DNA of 52,958 nucleotides from a virus, in UHGV virus genome UHGV-0074814. One strand, written 5' to 3'. This document shows, piece after piece, positions 39,404 to 49,181 of the stretch. The notes beneath the pieces are model-generated. The model searched no databases, was not told the DNA's origin, and saw only the letters and a list, made by a program, of their open reading frames with translations. Position 1 is the first letter of the stretch; each line of letters starts with the position of its first letter. The position numbers and the translations under genes were made by a program.

Positions 39404-40519
39404 TTAAATTAAATCAAATAGCCCATGTTCATCTATAGCCTTTGAACTAATTAAGTTCGCGGCTTCTATGTCATTGTCACTTGCCTCAGAAATAAGGAAA
39501 AATGAATCAACATGATTTTGCAAAATAATTTCCTTATACTTCTTGAGCCATTGTAATTTACCTGTAGTGAACAATACTTTACGCGGTAGCAAAATACGGC
39601 TAAAAACTGATGGAAGATACTCACTTCTATTAAATGGAATAAAAGGGTCGCCTAAAGAAAGAATAGTTAGACGATTAAATTCACCGTGCGAATTCAATTT
39701 TTCAGCTGATTTGGCTATACCACTTGGTAAAAAAACACCTGTCTTGATACCGTTGCGTAAAGCAACAACAGCCATCATTTTATCAAAGGCAGTACCTCCA
39801 AATAATAAGGAATATCCTTTTTTAACAGAAAGATCAATAGTATCAAGAACAACTTGTTTTTCTATATCACTTGGTGACGTGCTCGAAATTATCGAAAGAT
39901 CAAAATCAGTAAATAACTGCCCAGTATAATAAAGATTTTTGCCGGTGAAAGTTGACAACTTTAAAGGAAACATTTTATCATCATGCTTAATTTCAGATAC
40001 ATTAAGATCTGTTAAGGATGGATAGTTAAAGTTTGGTGAGGCTTTTCCGTGTTTATTATTTTTTGATGCCTGCGGACTAAAAACTAGAATTTCATTTTTA
40101 TTATTACACAGGTAATCCTGTATCATTTTTTTTACAATATCCCAATCAAGACCACCGTGACCACAACCTAAAGCTGGCAGGGTGATTGTTTTTCCATGTT
40201 TATTATCCAAATATTTCGAGAGCCAATGCAGTCCTTTTTCGATATATTCGTACTTAGACTTATTTCTCCAATGATCCTTGGTGGGAAAGTTTATGATTTC
40301 TATTTCCTTACCATACGTATCATTACCTTTCCAAACAGCTGGTCTTCCTGGAGATATTTCTCCTTTTTTACACAGCAATACGTATTCATTATACATTTCA
40401 GGAAACTTATTCTTAAAAGCAAAAGCAACCCCTGCCCCCATTACACCAACACAATTAACTGTATTAATTCTAATGTCAGCAGCATAATCGAAAAAATCAC
40501 CATCAACATATCTAATCAT
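39404..40519 (-). CDS. macro-domain protein (DarG/TARG1-like) with C-terminal Rossmann-like domain; candidate antitoxin
   Basis: GDFFDYAADIRINTVNCVGVMGAGVAFAFKNKFPEMY and ALGCGHGGLDW macro motifs; start set at ATG with SD AAGGAGG (ORF track extends to 40645); AT-rich. Confidence 0.55.
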   Translation of the reverse strand: MIRYVDGDFFDYAADIRINTVNCVGVMGAGVAFAFKNKFPEMYNEYVLLCKKGEISPGRPAVWKGNDTYGKEIEIINFPTKDHWRNKSKYEYIEKGLHWLSKYLDNKHGKTITLPALGCGHGGLDWDIVKKMIQDYLCNNKNEILVFSPQASKNNKHGKASPNFNYPSLTDLNVSEIKHDDKMFPLKLSTFTGKNLYYTGQLFTDFDLSIISSTSPSDIEKQVVLDTIDLSVKKGYSLLFGGTAFDKMMAVVALRNGIKTGVFLPSGIAKSAEKLNSHGEFNRLTILSLGDPFIPFNRSEYLPSVFSRILLPRKVLFTTGKLQWLKKYKEIILQNHVDSFFLISEASDNDIEAANLISSKAIDEHGLFDLI

Positions 40520-40991
40520 AAAACCTCCTTTGGTCAGAGTATACATCCTTATTTCTGGCTCTTCAATTCTATTGTCAAAAACTTTTACAAAGTCTGCATC
40601 AGTAAAACTGATGGCGCATTTTAAAATTAAAATCAATATGTCCATATCAAACGTTATATTTGTTATTTTTTGTATTTATTATTCATATCCATCATGTGCT
40701 ATTAAATCGCCCAAAAGAACATAATAAATTATGTGCACCACTTTCTTCTTATTGAATTTTGGATTACATTACGATCTAAATTAGATCTTTTGCCAATATC
40801 ATAAACATATGCAGCAAACGTTGCAACAAGCTGTTCTCATTCTAACAGTTAGTAGAATATAAACTCTGTAATTAGCACACTGAATTCCCTTCATCTATGA
40901 GTTACAACATCCTTTAAGTGAATAGTATTGTTAGTTTAAATCTATTAATATCATTCATAAAACTATTTTATATAGTTAAAGTCATTATAAA

Positions 40992-41015
40992 TCCATCTGA
41001 ATATATACAGATGGA
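40992..41015. promoter_or_regulatory. perfect palindrome TCCATCTG-N8-CAGATGGA in intergenic spacer (candidate operator)
   Basis: 8-bp inverted arms with 8-bp AT spacer, read directly. Confidence 0.3.
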
Positions 41016-41226
41016 TTCTGCCAATAGTCTTTGCAGGTGAAGTGCATGTTATATATTTTTTAGGGAATATATTTTCTAATTATTTCTCAGATAAAAATTT
41101 GCAGAACGAAATTACTTTACATAATACCGAATGTTACAGATTATTTTATTGCATATAAGCATTGAACTAACCACTATCACAGTGACTATGTTAATCATAA
41201 AATCTGCATCAAATTCAAAAAGCTCC

Positions 41227-42573
41227 TCATAAACTGTTCCCCTGCAATCTTTGGAGAACTTCATCCCGGAGATCATCGATCCCGTCAGAAACCTGAGCTA
41301 ACCAAACTTGACTTAATGAGCCAATATCAGCCTTACTTAGGGCTACTAACATATTGATATCTTCAGAAGATGTAACTATATCGAACAACTGATTTTTATT
41401 CCTCCCTTTAGCTACTATTTCCCCCAATAAATCATCATACGTAACTAACATCATTATTTTTCTAACTAGATCGGTTTGTATGACTGGCAGATCTTCTGTC
41501 AAAATTCGTTGTAGCATCGCAAGTGACTTCCTAGGATGCTCTCCATCTGCCTCATGCATGTAATTATTATTCCAACGTGTTTTAGGCCCTTTGCCTATAT
41601 CATGCAAATAAGCGGCCAACTCCAAAACTTCCTGATGAATAGAGTCTAATTGATAAAACTCTGGTGAATTAACTACAAGACTAGCCACTCGTCGACTATG
41701 AGAGCCAACATCTTCATTATGAGGCCCGTAGCTCGTCCCCAATCCATCGATATCTTCAAGCTCTTGGATGGAGGAGAAATTACCACGAATTGCACTTAGA
41801 GCATCACTAATACTTTGAAATTTTGGCCTCGTTTCTCGTTGAAATGAAGTTACATATTCAATAGCTTCATCAAAAAGCATTTTTAACACTACCGGTCCCG
41901 TGACTAAGGATGAGGACCAGTTTCCAGGTTGATAATAATAATGTTGAAAATCACCCTCAACAATATTTGGTGGAACAATACCTTTGTTCTGGAAAATACT
42001 CCTCACAATATCAGACATAGAACGATTCCATGTAATTATCTGATTTATTTCGCTTAAAGAGACATGATCTGGCAGCAAAAGTTCTGCCATCTTTTTATGC
42101 CTCTGAGTCTCGTCAGCATAACCCCATGCATTATTATCTATGGTAGCCCAATCTAATACATCAAGCTGGTCAGCTTGAGTATTACCAGAATAAAAGTTCG
42201 GTGGATTAACTGTATTTGCGGAAGCATCTGTAAAATATGACCCATTCCTTGTTTCGAGTGATAATATAGAAACTGAAAGATAGATAATAAATTGCTGATC
42301 TACATTTTTTTTATGAAGAACAGACAATTGCATGGGCGTTTTTTTTGCAAAATAAAAAGGAACATAATCATGAACACAACGACCATTCGTATTAGGCACC
42401 TGCATCACTGCCCTACGCCCCTGTATTCCTTCATCAGCAACATTCACATGTGATATACGACGTGCAATTTTCTGATTAGTCGAAAACAGCCCAGTTTCAA
42501 TTATTGATTCAAGATTATCTACTGACGTAAAGTGATATGCATTTCGGTGTCTATGGTGAACAGGAACTGTCAT
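41227..42573 (-). CDS. DarT-like (DUF4433) ADP-ribosyltransferase domain fused to HD phosphohydrolase domain; candidate toxin
   Basis: N-terminal YHFTSVDNLESIIETGL, HDYVPFYF and YFTDASA resemble DarT; C-terminal HSRRVASLVV...LAAYLHDIGK is an HD motif; SD GGGGGA; AT-rich. Confidence 0.5.
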   Translation of the reverse strand: MTVPVHHRHRNAYHFTSVDNLESIIETGLFSTNQKIARRISHVNVADEGIQGRRAVMQVPNTNGRCVHDYVPFYFAKKTPMQLSVLHKKNVDQQFIIYLSVSILSLETRNGSYFTDASANTVNPPNFYSGNTQADQLDVLDWATIDNNAWGYADETQRHKKMAELLLPDHVSLSEINQIITWNRSMSDIVRSIFQNKGIVPPNIVEGDFQHYYYQPGNWSSSLVTGPVVLKMLFDEAIEYVTSFQRETRPKFQSISDALSAIRGNFSSIQELEDIDGLGTSYGPHNEDVGSHSRRVASLVVNSPEFYQLDSIHQEVLELAAYLHDIGKGPKTRWNNNYMHEADGEHPRKSLAMLQRILTEDLPVIQTDLVRKIMMLVTYDDLLGEIVAKGRNKNQLFDIVTSSEDINMLVALSKADIGSLSQVWLAQVSDGIDDLRDEVLQRLQGNSL

Positions 42574-42928
42574 GTATCCCCCATGAAAAACTATAAAAAT
42601 TTAGGTAGTGTGCTTTATATTATTACAGTAATTGTAAATTACCGATATAGGATATCAACCTTCCTGTGATCTAGGTCACTCAGGATGAGCAACTTCCTAT
42701 TGATTAGGATTCAAAATGTTTGAAATGTGCGCTTACAGAACCACAGGCCACTTTGAGCGAAGAACAGACCTAAATATAAACGAGGGTTAATCAGCAATAA
42801 TTATAATAAACTGAGGTATGCCTAATTGGAACTTGACAATATAACTACCATCTCTCCCTAAACAACTAGGAGTTTTGATAACTTATTTTGATAAAATTTT
42901 GATAACCGTTAGCAGACTAACAAAAAAC

Positions 42929-42951
42929 AACGGGAGCGTTACACTCCCGTT
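42929..42951 (-). terminator. rho-independent terminator hairpin downstream of icd 3' copy 2
   Basis: Stem aacgggag/ctcccgtt, 7-nt loop; on minus strand followed by GTTTTTTGTT. Confidence 0.45.
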
Positions 42952-42974
42952 AATAGATTTAACAAATCACGATA

Positions 42975-43139
42975 TTACATATTCTTGATGATCGCATCAC
43001 CAAATTCTGAACATTTCAGCAGTTTAGCACCTTCCATCAGACGTTCGAAGTCATAGGTTACGGTCTTCGCGTTGATTGCGCCTTCCATACCTTTAACAAT
43101 CAGGTCTGCGGCTTCAGTCCAACCCATATGGCGCAGCAG
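42975..43139 (-). pseudogene. icd: icd 3'-terminal fragment (copy 2, attL-side)
   Basis: Translation [54 protein letters not shown]-stop; ~9 mismatches vs copy 1 over 165 bp. Confidence 0.8.
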
Positions 43140-43598
43140 TATATAAAAATTATGTATTCAACTCGCTGATATTTAATCATAAATATTATTTTCTTGTCTT
43201 TGTATTAGCCAAAATCAACTTTATTCAACCGTTTGATTTCATTGACGTTCGTTTTTATTTTGGGGAAAGATTTTCTCTACCATTTATATCAAAATTACAA
43301 GTCTACATTTTATTAACATCTCAATACATGTGTGGCCTTGCAAGCCATTGCGAGGCCTTATGTGTCTCAGTTTTGTCCCGCCTTGTATTACGACTTGCAT
43401 AGCCAATGAAGATAAACGTGACGACAAACAAAGCAGCTGTCTTCTTTTCTTTCACACTTTCCCCACTCAGCAGCATGCATACCTTCTACTATAACTGTAG
43501 TGAATGTCTATTATGAGCGAACTGCGGACATCGTGGAGACAACATGCTGCTGGGTGCGGATATCCCATGGCACGTCATATCGCTCGCCGTATTACTTG

Positions 43599-44369
43599 TT
43601 ATTTTTTTGAAACGAGAAGTTGATACAATTCCTTCAGGGATAAGGCTAATAACTCATTCTTCCTGATGAGATCTTTATCAGCGTCTATACCCTCTGCGCA
43701 TGATTCATTTAAATAGTTCAGTGTTTCCTGATCATCATCCAAGCATTCATAGCTGCCTGAATAAAATTCATCGCAACTTGCTTTGTTATTTTTGTCAATG
43801 TAACCAATGCATTGAATCACGCCTTTAACAACTTTAGCAGCAGAAAAAACAAAGTAACTGCAGTCATTTATATAGCGTTCAATATCAAAAATCATATAAA
43901 AATAGTGCATAGAGTGTTTTTCAATTTCAAACTCACTTGAAATCATAGCTATTTCACATTCAAGGTCTTTCAGACCATCTAACATTATGGAAAGTTTACA
44001 TTGTTTTTCTTGCACAGTTTCATACTTAAATGACTCTCTCCCCTTTGCCCTGACATTTATTCTTTCTTCAATTGCATAAATATAAGCAGGATATACACGC
44101 GACCACACTTGGTTTATTTTTAGGATTAACCGGCCTCTTTTCAGCCTTTCTTTTGTAGCTATAAATTCTGCATATAGCGCAGCATCCTCTTCGCACCATA
44201 CATCAACTTTTCGTTTATAACCCAACTTTAATTCTTTCCCTACGCATTCAGGAAACAAAGGATCAAAGTCCTTTAAGTATTCAAACTCACTTAGATAGAA
44301 TCCTGTCTCATAACGATTAAATAATTTCCTAAACTCTTTCCCACTTAAGGTTTTCATTGTATCAATCAC
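43599..44369 (-). CDS. hypothetical AT-rich cargo protein (256 aa)
   Basis: Clean ORF with strongly AT-biased codon usage; no motif recognised. Confidence 0.4.
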   Translation of the reverse strand: MIDTMKTLSGKEFRKLFNRYETGFYLSEFEYLKDFDPLFPECVGKELKLGYKRKVDVWCEEDAALYAEFIATKERLKRGRLILKINQVWSRVYPAYIYAIEERINVRAKGRESFKYETVQEKQCKLSIMLDGLKDLECEIAMISSEFEIEKHSMHYFYMIFDIERYINDCSYFVFSAAKVVKGVIQCIGYIDKNNKASCDEFYSGSYECLDDDQETLNYLNESCAEGIDADKDLIRKNELLALSLKELYQLLVSKK

Positions 44370-44963
44370 TCTGTTTTCATAAAAGCAAAGTCAACAAGAT
44401 AAAACAATAAAAACTCTTACACAACCAGCTGATGTTTTTAAAATAGAGGATAATATAAGACAAGCATAACCTCGTTCACTTCAATGCTACTCCTATCGTT
44501 CTTTTGCGTCACAGAGCGCCTGCCGGACAACTGCATCATAGACCAAACGGAACTGCTTCCGTCGATTAATCAGATGGCAGCGCATAAACACGCTCAACAA
44601 CCCGTTTGACTGCTTCAATTTTAAGCTCTTCGGAATAACGCTTACCGTGTAAGTCTCCCTGCAAAACGAGCTATCAACTTTTAAGGAGTCTCTGGCCCCC
44701 CTGCTTCCGCTCCTGGCACACAGCAGCCCTAGAGACAGTGGAGTAAAGTCATGGAGGCTCGGTGGGGGGAGGTGCAAATCCTCCCATACAAAAAATACGA
44801 AAATCAGTAACGGCTAGAAATCATTCAATACATGCACTCTCGAAATTGCATCAGCCAACCGCAAAACGTTATTTCAAAGCCTACTAGCTGCCTTACTTTT
44901 TTCCTCAATAACGCGTCGCCAGCAGGAAACAACCTAATCCCTGTTTTGGGCCTCAAAGCTGCT

Positions 44964-44982
44964 AATGATAATCATTTTCATT
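44964..44982 (+). promoter_or_regulatory. Fur box upstream of sitA
   Basis: AATGATAATCATTTTCATT matches Fur consensus GATAATGATAATCATTATC at about 15 of 19 positions. Confidence 0.5.
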
Positions 44983-45001
44983 TTGTATAGGCTGTGCTAT
45001 A

Positions 45002-45023
45002 AAACATAGCCGTTGCTATGTTT
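45002..45023 (+). promoter_or_regulatory. MntR operator palindrome upstream of sitA
   Basis: AAACATAGC-cgtt-GCTATGTTT perfect inverted repeat, the known MntR box pattern. Confidence 0.55.
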
Positions 45024-45055
45024 GTTCTAATTTTGCTCACTATAGGTACTAAATT

Positions 45056-45970
45056 ATGCACTCGATAAAAAAAGTAACCATGCTCTTGGGGGGGCTCGCA
45101 CTCACCTGCTCGATCGCATTTCAGGCAAGTGCAACTGAAAAATTCAAGGTCATTACAACATTTACCATCATCGCGGATATGGCCAAAAACGTGGCGGGAG
45201 ATGCTGCAGAAGTCTCATCCATAACCAAGCCTGGTGCAGAAATTCATGAGTATCAGCCTACCCCTGGCGATATTAAACGTGCGCAGGGGGCACAACTGAT
45301 TCTCGCCAATGGTATGAATCTGGAATTGTGGTTCCAACGCTTTTACCAGCATCTCAATGGGGTTCCAGAAGTAATTGTCTCTTCGGGTGTGACGCCTGTA
45401 GGGATCACCGAAGGACCCTATGAGGGCAAACCTAACCCCCATGCATGGATGTCGCCAGATAATGCTCTGATTTACGTCGATAATATTCGTGATGCGTTGA
45501 TAAAATACGATCCGGCAAATGCACAAACCTACCAACGCAATGCCGATACTTATAAAGCCAAGATTACCCAAACCCTTGCCCCCCTGCGTAAGCAGATTAC
45601 GGAACTCCCTGAGAATCAGCGATGGATGGTCACCAGTGAAGGGGCTTTTTCTTATCTCGCACGCGATTTGGGGCTAAAAGAGCTTTATCTGTGGCCGATT
45701 AATGCCGATCAACAAGGAACACCGCAGCAGGTACGTAAGGTTGTTGATATAGTTAAGAAAAATCATATCCCGGCAGTCTTTAGCGAGAGTACGATTTCCG
45801 ATAAACCAGCGCGTCAGGTTGCGCGTGAAACCGGCGCACACTACGGCGGTGTGCTCTATGTCGATTCCCTGAGCACAGAAAACGGCCCGGTACCGACGTA
45901 TATCGACCTTCTTAAGGTTACTACCAGTACGCTGGTACAGGGAATTAAAGCTGGGAAAAGGGAGAAATAA
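45056..45970 (+). CDS. sitA: Mn/Fe ABC transporter periplasmic binding protein SitA
   Basis: Signal peptide, 304 aa, first gene of four-gene ABC operon with Fur and MntR boxes. Confidence 0.8.
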   Translation: MHSIKKVTMLLGGLALTCSIAFQASATEKFKVITTFTIIADMAKNVAGDAAEVSSITKPGAEIHEYQPTPGDIKRAQGAQLILANGMNLELWFQRFYQHLNGVPEVIVSSGVTPVGITEGPYEGKPNPHAWMSPDNALIYVDNIRDALIKYDPANAQTYQRNADTYKAKITQTLAPLRKQITELPENQRWMVTSEGAFSYLARDLGLKELYLWPINADQQGTPQQVRKVVDIVKKNHIPAVFSESTISDKPARQVARETGAHYGGVLYVDSLSTENGPVPTYIDLLKVTTSTLVQGIKAGKREK

Positions 45971-46797
45971 TGATGCAATCTGCAGGCATTGTCGTTAATG
46001 ATGTTACTGTCACCTGGCGTAACGGGCACACAGCACTGCGCGATGCATCCTTCACAGTACCAAGTGGATCTATTGCCGCTCTGGTTGGGGTAAACGGTTC
46101 CGGAAAATCGACGTTGTTTAAAGCGATTATGGGATTTGTGCGTCTGACCAGCGGAAAGATATCTGTTCTGGGTATTCCCACGCGACAGGCGTTACAGAAA
46201 AACCTGGTTGCCTACGTCCCTCAGTCAGAAGATGTTGACTGGTCATTTCCTGTACTGGTGGAAGATGTGGTGATGATGGGCCGCTATGGGCATATGGGTA
46301 TGTTGCGTATCGCCAAAAAGAGGGATCGTCAAATTGTCACCGATGCGCTGGAACGTGTCGATATGGTGAATTTTCGCCATCGACAAATCGGCGAGCTTTC
46401 CGGTGGACAAAAGAAACGCGTCTTTCTGGCGAGAGCGATTGCACAGCAGGGTGATGTGATCCTGCTGGATGAACCTTTTACTGGCGTTGATGTGAAAACC
46501 GAAGCCAAAATCATCAGCCTGTTGAGGGAGTTACGCGCGGAAGGCAAAACGATGCTTGTCTCAACACACAATCTCGGATCCGTCACGACATTTTGCGATT
46601 ATACGGTCATGGTCAAAGGCACCGTCCTGGCAAGCGGGCCGACAGACACCACTTTTACAGCCGAGAACCTAGAGCTGGCTTTTAGCGGCGTACTGCGCCA
46701 TGTCACACTTAACGGCTCGGAAGAAAGCATTATTACTGACGATGAACGCCCTTTTGTGGCTCATCGACCGTCAGCGGTGCAGAGGGAAGAAAGATGA
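45970..46797 (+). CDS. sitB: Mn/Fe ABC transporter ATP-binding protein SitB
   Basis: Walker [10 protein letters not shown], signature LSGGQKKR, Walker B ILLDEP. Confidence 0.85.
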   Translation: MMQSAGIVVNDVTVTWRNGHTALRDASFTVPSGSIAALVGVNGSGKSTLFKAIMGFVRLTSGKISVLGIPTRQALQKNLVAYVPQSEDVDWSFPVLVEDVVMMGRYGHMGMLRIAKKRDRQIVTDALERVDMVNFRHRQIGELSGGQKKRVFLARAIAQQGDVILLDEPFTGVDVKTEAKIISLLRELRAEGKTMLVSTHNLGSVTTFCDYTVMVKGTVLASGPTDTTFTAENLELAFSGVLRHVTLNGSEESIITDDERPFVAHRPSAVQREER

Positions 46798-47651
46798 ACG
46801 TGCTACTGGAACCCTTCAGCTATGAATATATGCTCAATGCGATGTGGGTCTCGGCGATGGTCGGCGGTCTCTGCGCTTTCCTGTCATGCTATCTGATGCT
46901 AAAAGGCTGGTCGCTGATTGGCGATGCGTTGTCGCACTCTATTGTCCCGGGTGTTGCGGGGGCATATATGCTGGGGCTTCCGTTTTCTCTGGGAGCCTTC
47001 TTTTCCGGCGGACTGGCTGCGGGCAGCATGCTGTTTCTTAACCAACGCACCCGCTTAAAAGAAGATGCCATCATCGGTCTGATCTTCTCGTCCTTTTTTG
47101 GCCTGGGGCTGTTTATGGTGTCATTGAACCCGACATCTGTGAACATTCAGACCATCGTCCTGGGCAATATTCTGGCAATCGATCCGGCGGATATCCTGCA
47201 ACTCACTATCATTGGCATTCTCTCGATCATCGTGCTTTTTTTCAAATGGAAAGATCTTATGGTGACCTTTTTCGACGAGAATCACGCCCGTGCTATTGGA
47301 TTGCATCCGGGCAGATTAAAACTCCTCTTCTTCACCCTGCTGTCGGTTTCGACCGTTGCGGCGCTGCAAACGGTTGGTGCCTTTCTGGTGATCTGTCTGG
47401 TGGTGACTCCCGGTGCAACAGCATGGTTGTTAACCGATCGTTTTCCCCGCCTGCTCATGATTGCTGTAACTATTGGCAGTGTAACCAGTTTCCTCGGCGC
47501 GTGGGTCAGTTACTTTCTGGACGGCGCGACAGGTGGAATCATCGTGGTGGCGCAGACACTGCTGTTTCTTTTAGCATTTGTCTTTGCGCCCACCCATGGG
47601 CTTTTGGCAAATCGTCGGCGTGCGCATAAGGCGCTGGAGGATCGCTCATGA
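46794..47651 (+). CDS. sitC: Mn/Fe ABC transporter permease SitC
   Basis: 285 aa polytopic membrane protein, overlapping starts in operon. Confidence 0.8.
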   Translation: MNVLLEPFSYEYMLNAMWVSAMVGGLCAFLSCYLMLKGWSLIGDALSHSIVPGVAGAYMLGLPFSLGAFFSGGLAAGSMLFLNQRTRLKEDAIIGLIFSSFFGLGLFMVSLNPTSVNIQTIVLGNILAIDPADILQLTIIGILSIIVLFFKWKDLMVTFFDENHARAIGLHPGRLKLLFFTLLSVSTVAALQTVGAFLVICLVVTPGATAWLLTDRFPRLLMIAVTIGSVTSFLGAWVSYFLDGATGGIIVVAQTLLFLLAFVFAPTHGLLANRRRAHKALEDRS

Positions 47652-48505
47652 TGGCATTATTACTGGAGCCACTGCAGTTCACCTTTATGAGTCACGCACT
47701 GCTGATTTCACTGGTAGTTTCCATACCCTGTGCGCTGCTGTCGGTCTTTCTGGTCCTGAAAGGTTGGGCACTGATGGGTGACGCGATGAGTCATGCGGTT
47801 TTTCCTGGCATCGTGCTTGCCTGGATTCTGGGGTTACCTTTGGCTACAGGGGCATTCGTCGCCGGAGTATTCTGCGCGGTGGCGACGGGATACCTGAAAG
47901 ACAACAGCCGAATCAAGCAAGATACAGTGATGGGGATTGTTTTTTCTGGCATGTTTGCCGCAGGTCTGATCTTGTATATTGCAGTCAAACCAGACGTACA
48001 TCTTGACCATATTCTTTTCGGCGACATGCTCGGGATAACCATCGGCGATATAATCCAGACGATGATTATTGCCGGGCTGGTTACACTTGTTATTAGCGTA
48101 AAATGGCGGGATTTTTTGCTGTTCAGCTTTGATTATCAACAGGCGCAGGTAAGCGGTTTGCATACGAGATGGCTGCATTATGGGCTGCTGTGCATGGTCT
48201 CTCTGACCATTGTGGCGACGCTGAAAGCGGTAGGTATCATTCTCTCCATTTCTCTGCTCATTGCGCCTGGCGCCATTGCGGTACTCCTGACACAACGCTT
48301 TCATATTGCGCTCCTACTGGCGACTGGCATATCGGTAATAGTGTCAATGACTGGTGTCTGGTTGTCCTTTTTTATCGACAGCGCACCAGCTCCGACGATT
48401 GTCGTCTTATTCGCGGTTTTGTTCATCATGACGTTTGCCGTTACCAGCATCAACGCACGCAAAAAGGGAAACTCCCATACACAGGATCTGTTATCACCCA
48501 ATTAG
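47648..48505 (+). CDS. sitD: Mn/Fe ABC transporter permease SitD
   Basis: 285 aa polytopic membrane protein paralogous to SitC. Confidence 0.8.
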   Translation: MMALLLEPLQFTFMSHALLISLVVSIPCALLSVFLVLKGWALMGDAMSHAVFPGIVLAWILGLPLATGAFVAGVFCAVATGYLKDNSRIKQDTVMGIVFSGMFAAGLILYIAVKPDVHLDHILFGDMLGITIGDIIQTMIIAGLVTLVISVKWRDFLLFSFDYQQAQVSGLHTRWLHYGLLCMVSLTIVATLKAVGIILSISLLIAPGAIAVLLTQRFHIALLLATGISVIVSMTGVWLSFFIDSAPAPTIVVLFAVLFIMTFAVTSINARKKGNSHTQDLLSPN

Positions 48506-48596
48506 CACAACATCCGAGGACAGCAACACCCGATACTTTTTCCTGGCTTCCAGCAACGGGGTTTCTTCCTCCGTTGCATATACAGCTCACCTTTTT

Positions 48597-48890
48597 TCAC
48601 CCACGATTAACCAACAGCCAGACCAGCAGACACGCCACCACCGGCACAGCAAAATCCATCAGGCTTGCCACATCCCAAGCTCGCGGATCAAAACCGCCCC
48701 ACCACGGCATATTCATTCGCTTGCCATGCCCGAACATTTCAATCCAGCGATATTCTGCCTGGGTATGTTCACGCGCAATGAAGAACGTACAACCGGCTAT
48801 CGCTCCGTAAGCCCAGTTTCCGGTAAAAAGACCAACCAGTATCTGCGCAGCCACAGCACAAAGTGCATGAAGTAAGGGGCTTATATCCAT
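48597..48890 (-). CDS. hypothetical membrane protein
   Basis: 97 aa with two hydrophobic segments. Confidence 0.3.
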   Translation of the reverse strand: MDISPLLHALCAVAAQILVGLFTGNWAYGAIAGCTFFIAREHTQAEYRWIEMFGHGKRMNMPWWGGFDPRAWDVASLMDFAVPVVACLLVWLLVNRG

Positions 48891-48902
48891 TATTTCCTCC
48901 TT

Positions 48903-49181
48903 TCAGCTCCATTCCCGAAGCGGTGTTTCCAGCTCCACGACATAATCAGAGAATACAGAAACATCAAACAAGTCATCAAGAATGCGAATGTTGACAAAAT
49001 AACCATCATTCCGGATACAGACAGGTTCTCCCTCTTCTGTTACCCCTGTTTCTGTGTAGGTGAAACCAATTTCATCAACTAACAGTTTATTCTGGAGGTC
49101 TTCATCTTCCGCCCAGCCAAGAGATGACAGGAAGGCCTTAAACTGCAGTTTGTCATGAAACTTCAAAGTTAAATCTTTCAT
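48903..49181 (-). CDS. hypothetical protein translationally coupled to side tail fibre gene
   Basis: 92 aa; start overlaps Stf stop. Confidence 0.3.
   Translation of the reverse strand: MKDLTLKFHDKLQFKAFLSSLGWAEDEDLQNKLLVDEIGFTYTETGVTEEGEPVCIRNDGYFVNIRILDDLFDVSVFSDYVVELETPLREWS

Larger units (their letters stand above)
837..42974. mobile_element. e14-like lambdoid prophage integrated at icd 3' end (prophage 1), bounded by direct icd repeats
   Basis: Integrase/Xis at one end, CI/Cro, replication, lysis, terminase, head and tail genes; flanked by two ~165-bp icd 3' copies. Confidence 0.75.

Noticed and set aside
44493-44777. 94-aa minus-strand ORF upstream of sitA
   Set aside because: No SD, composition shifts mid-ORF, and no motif recognised; may be a remnant of a degraded gene or insertion sequence, which I could not identify without a search.
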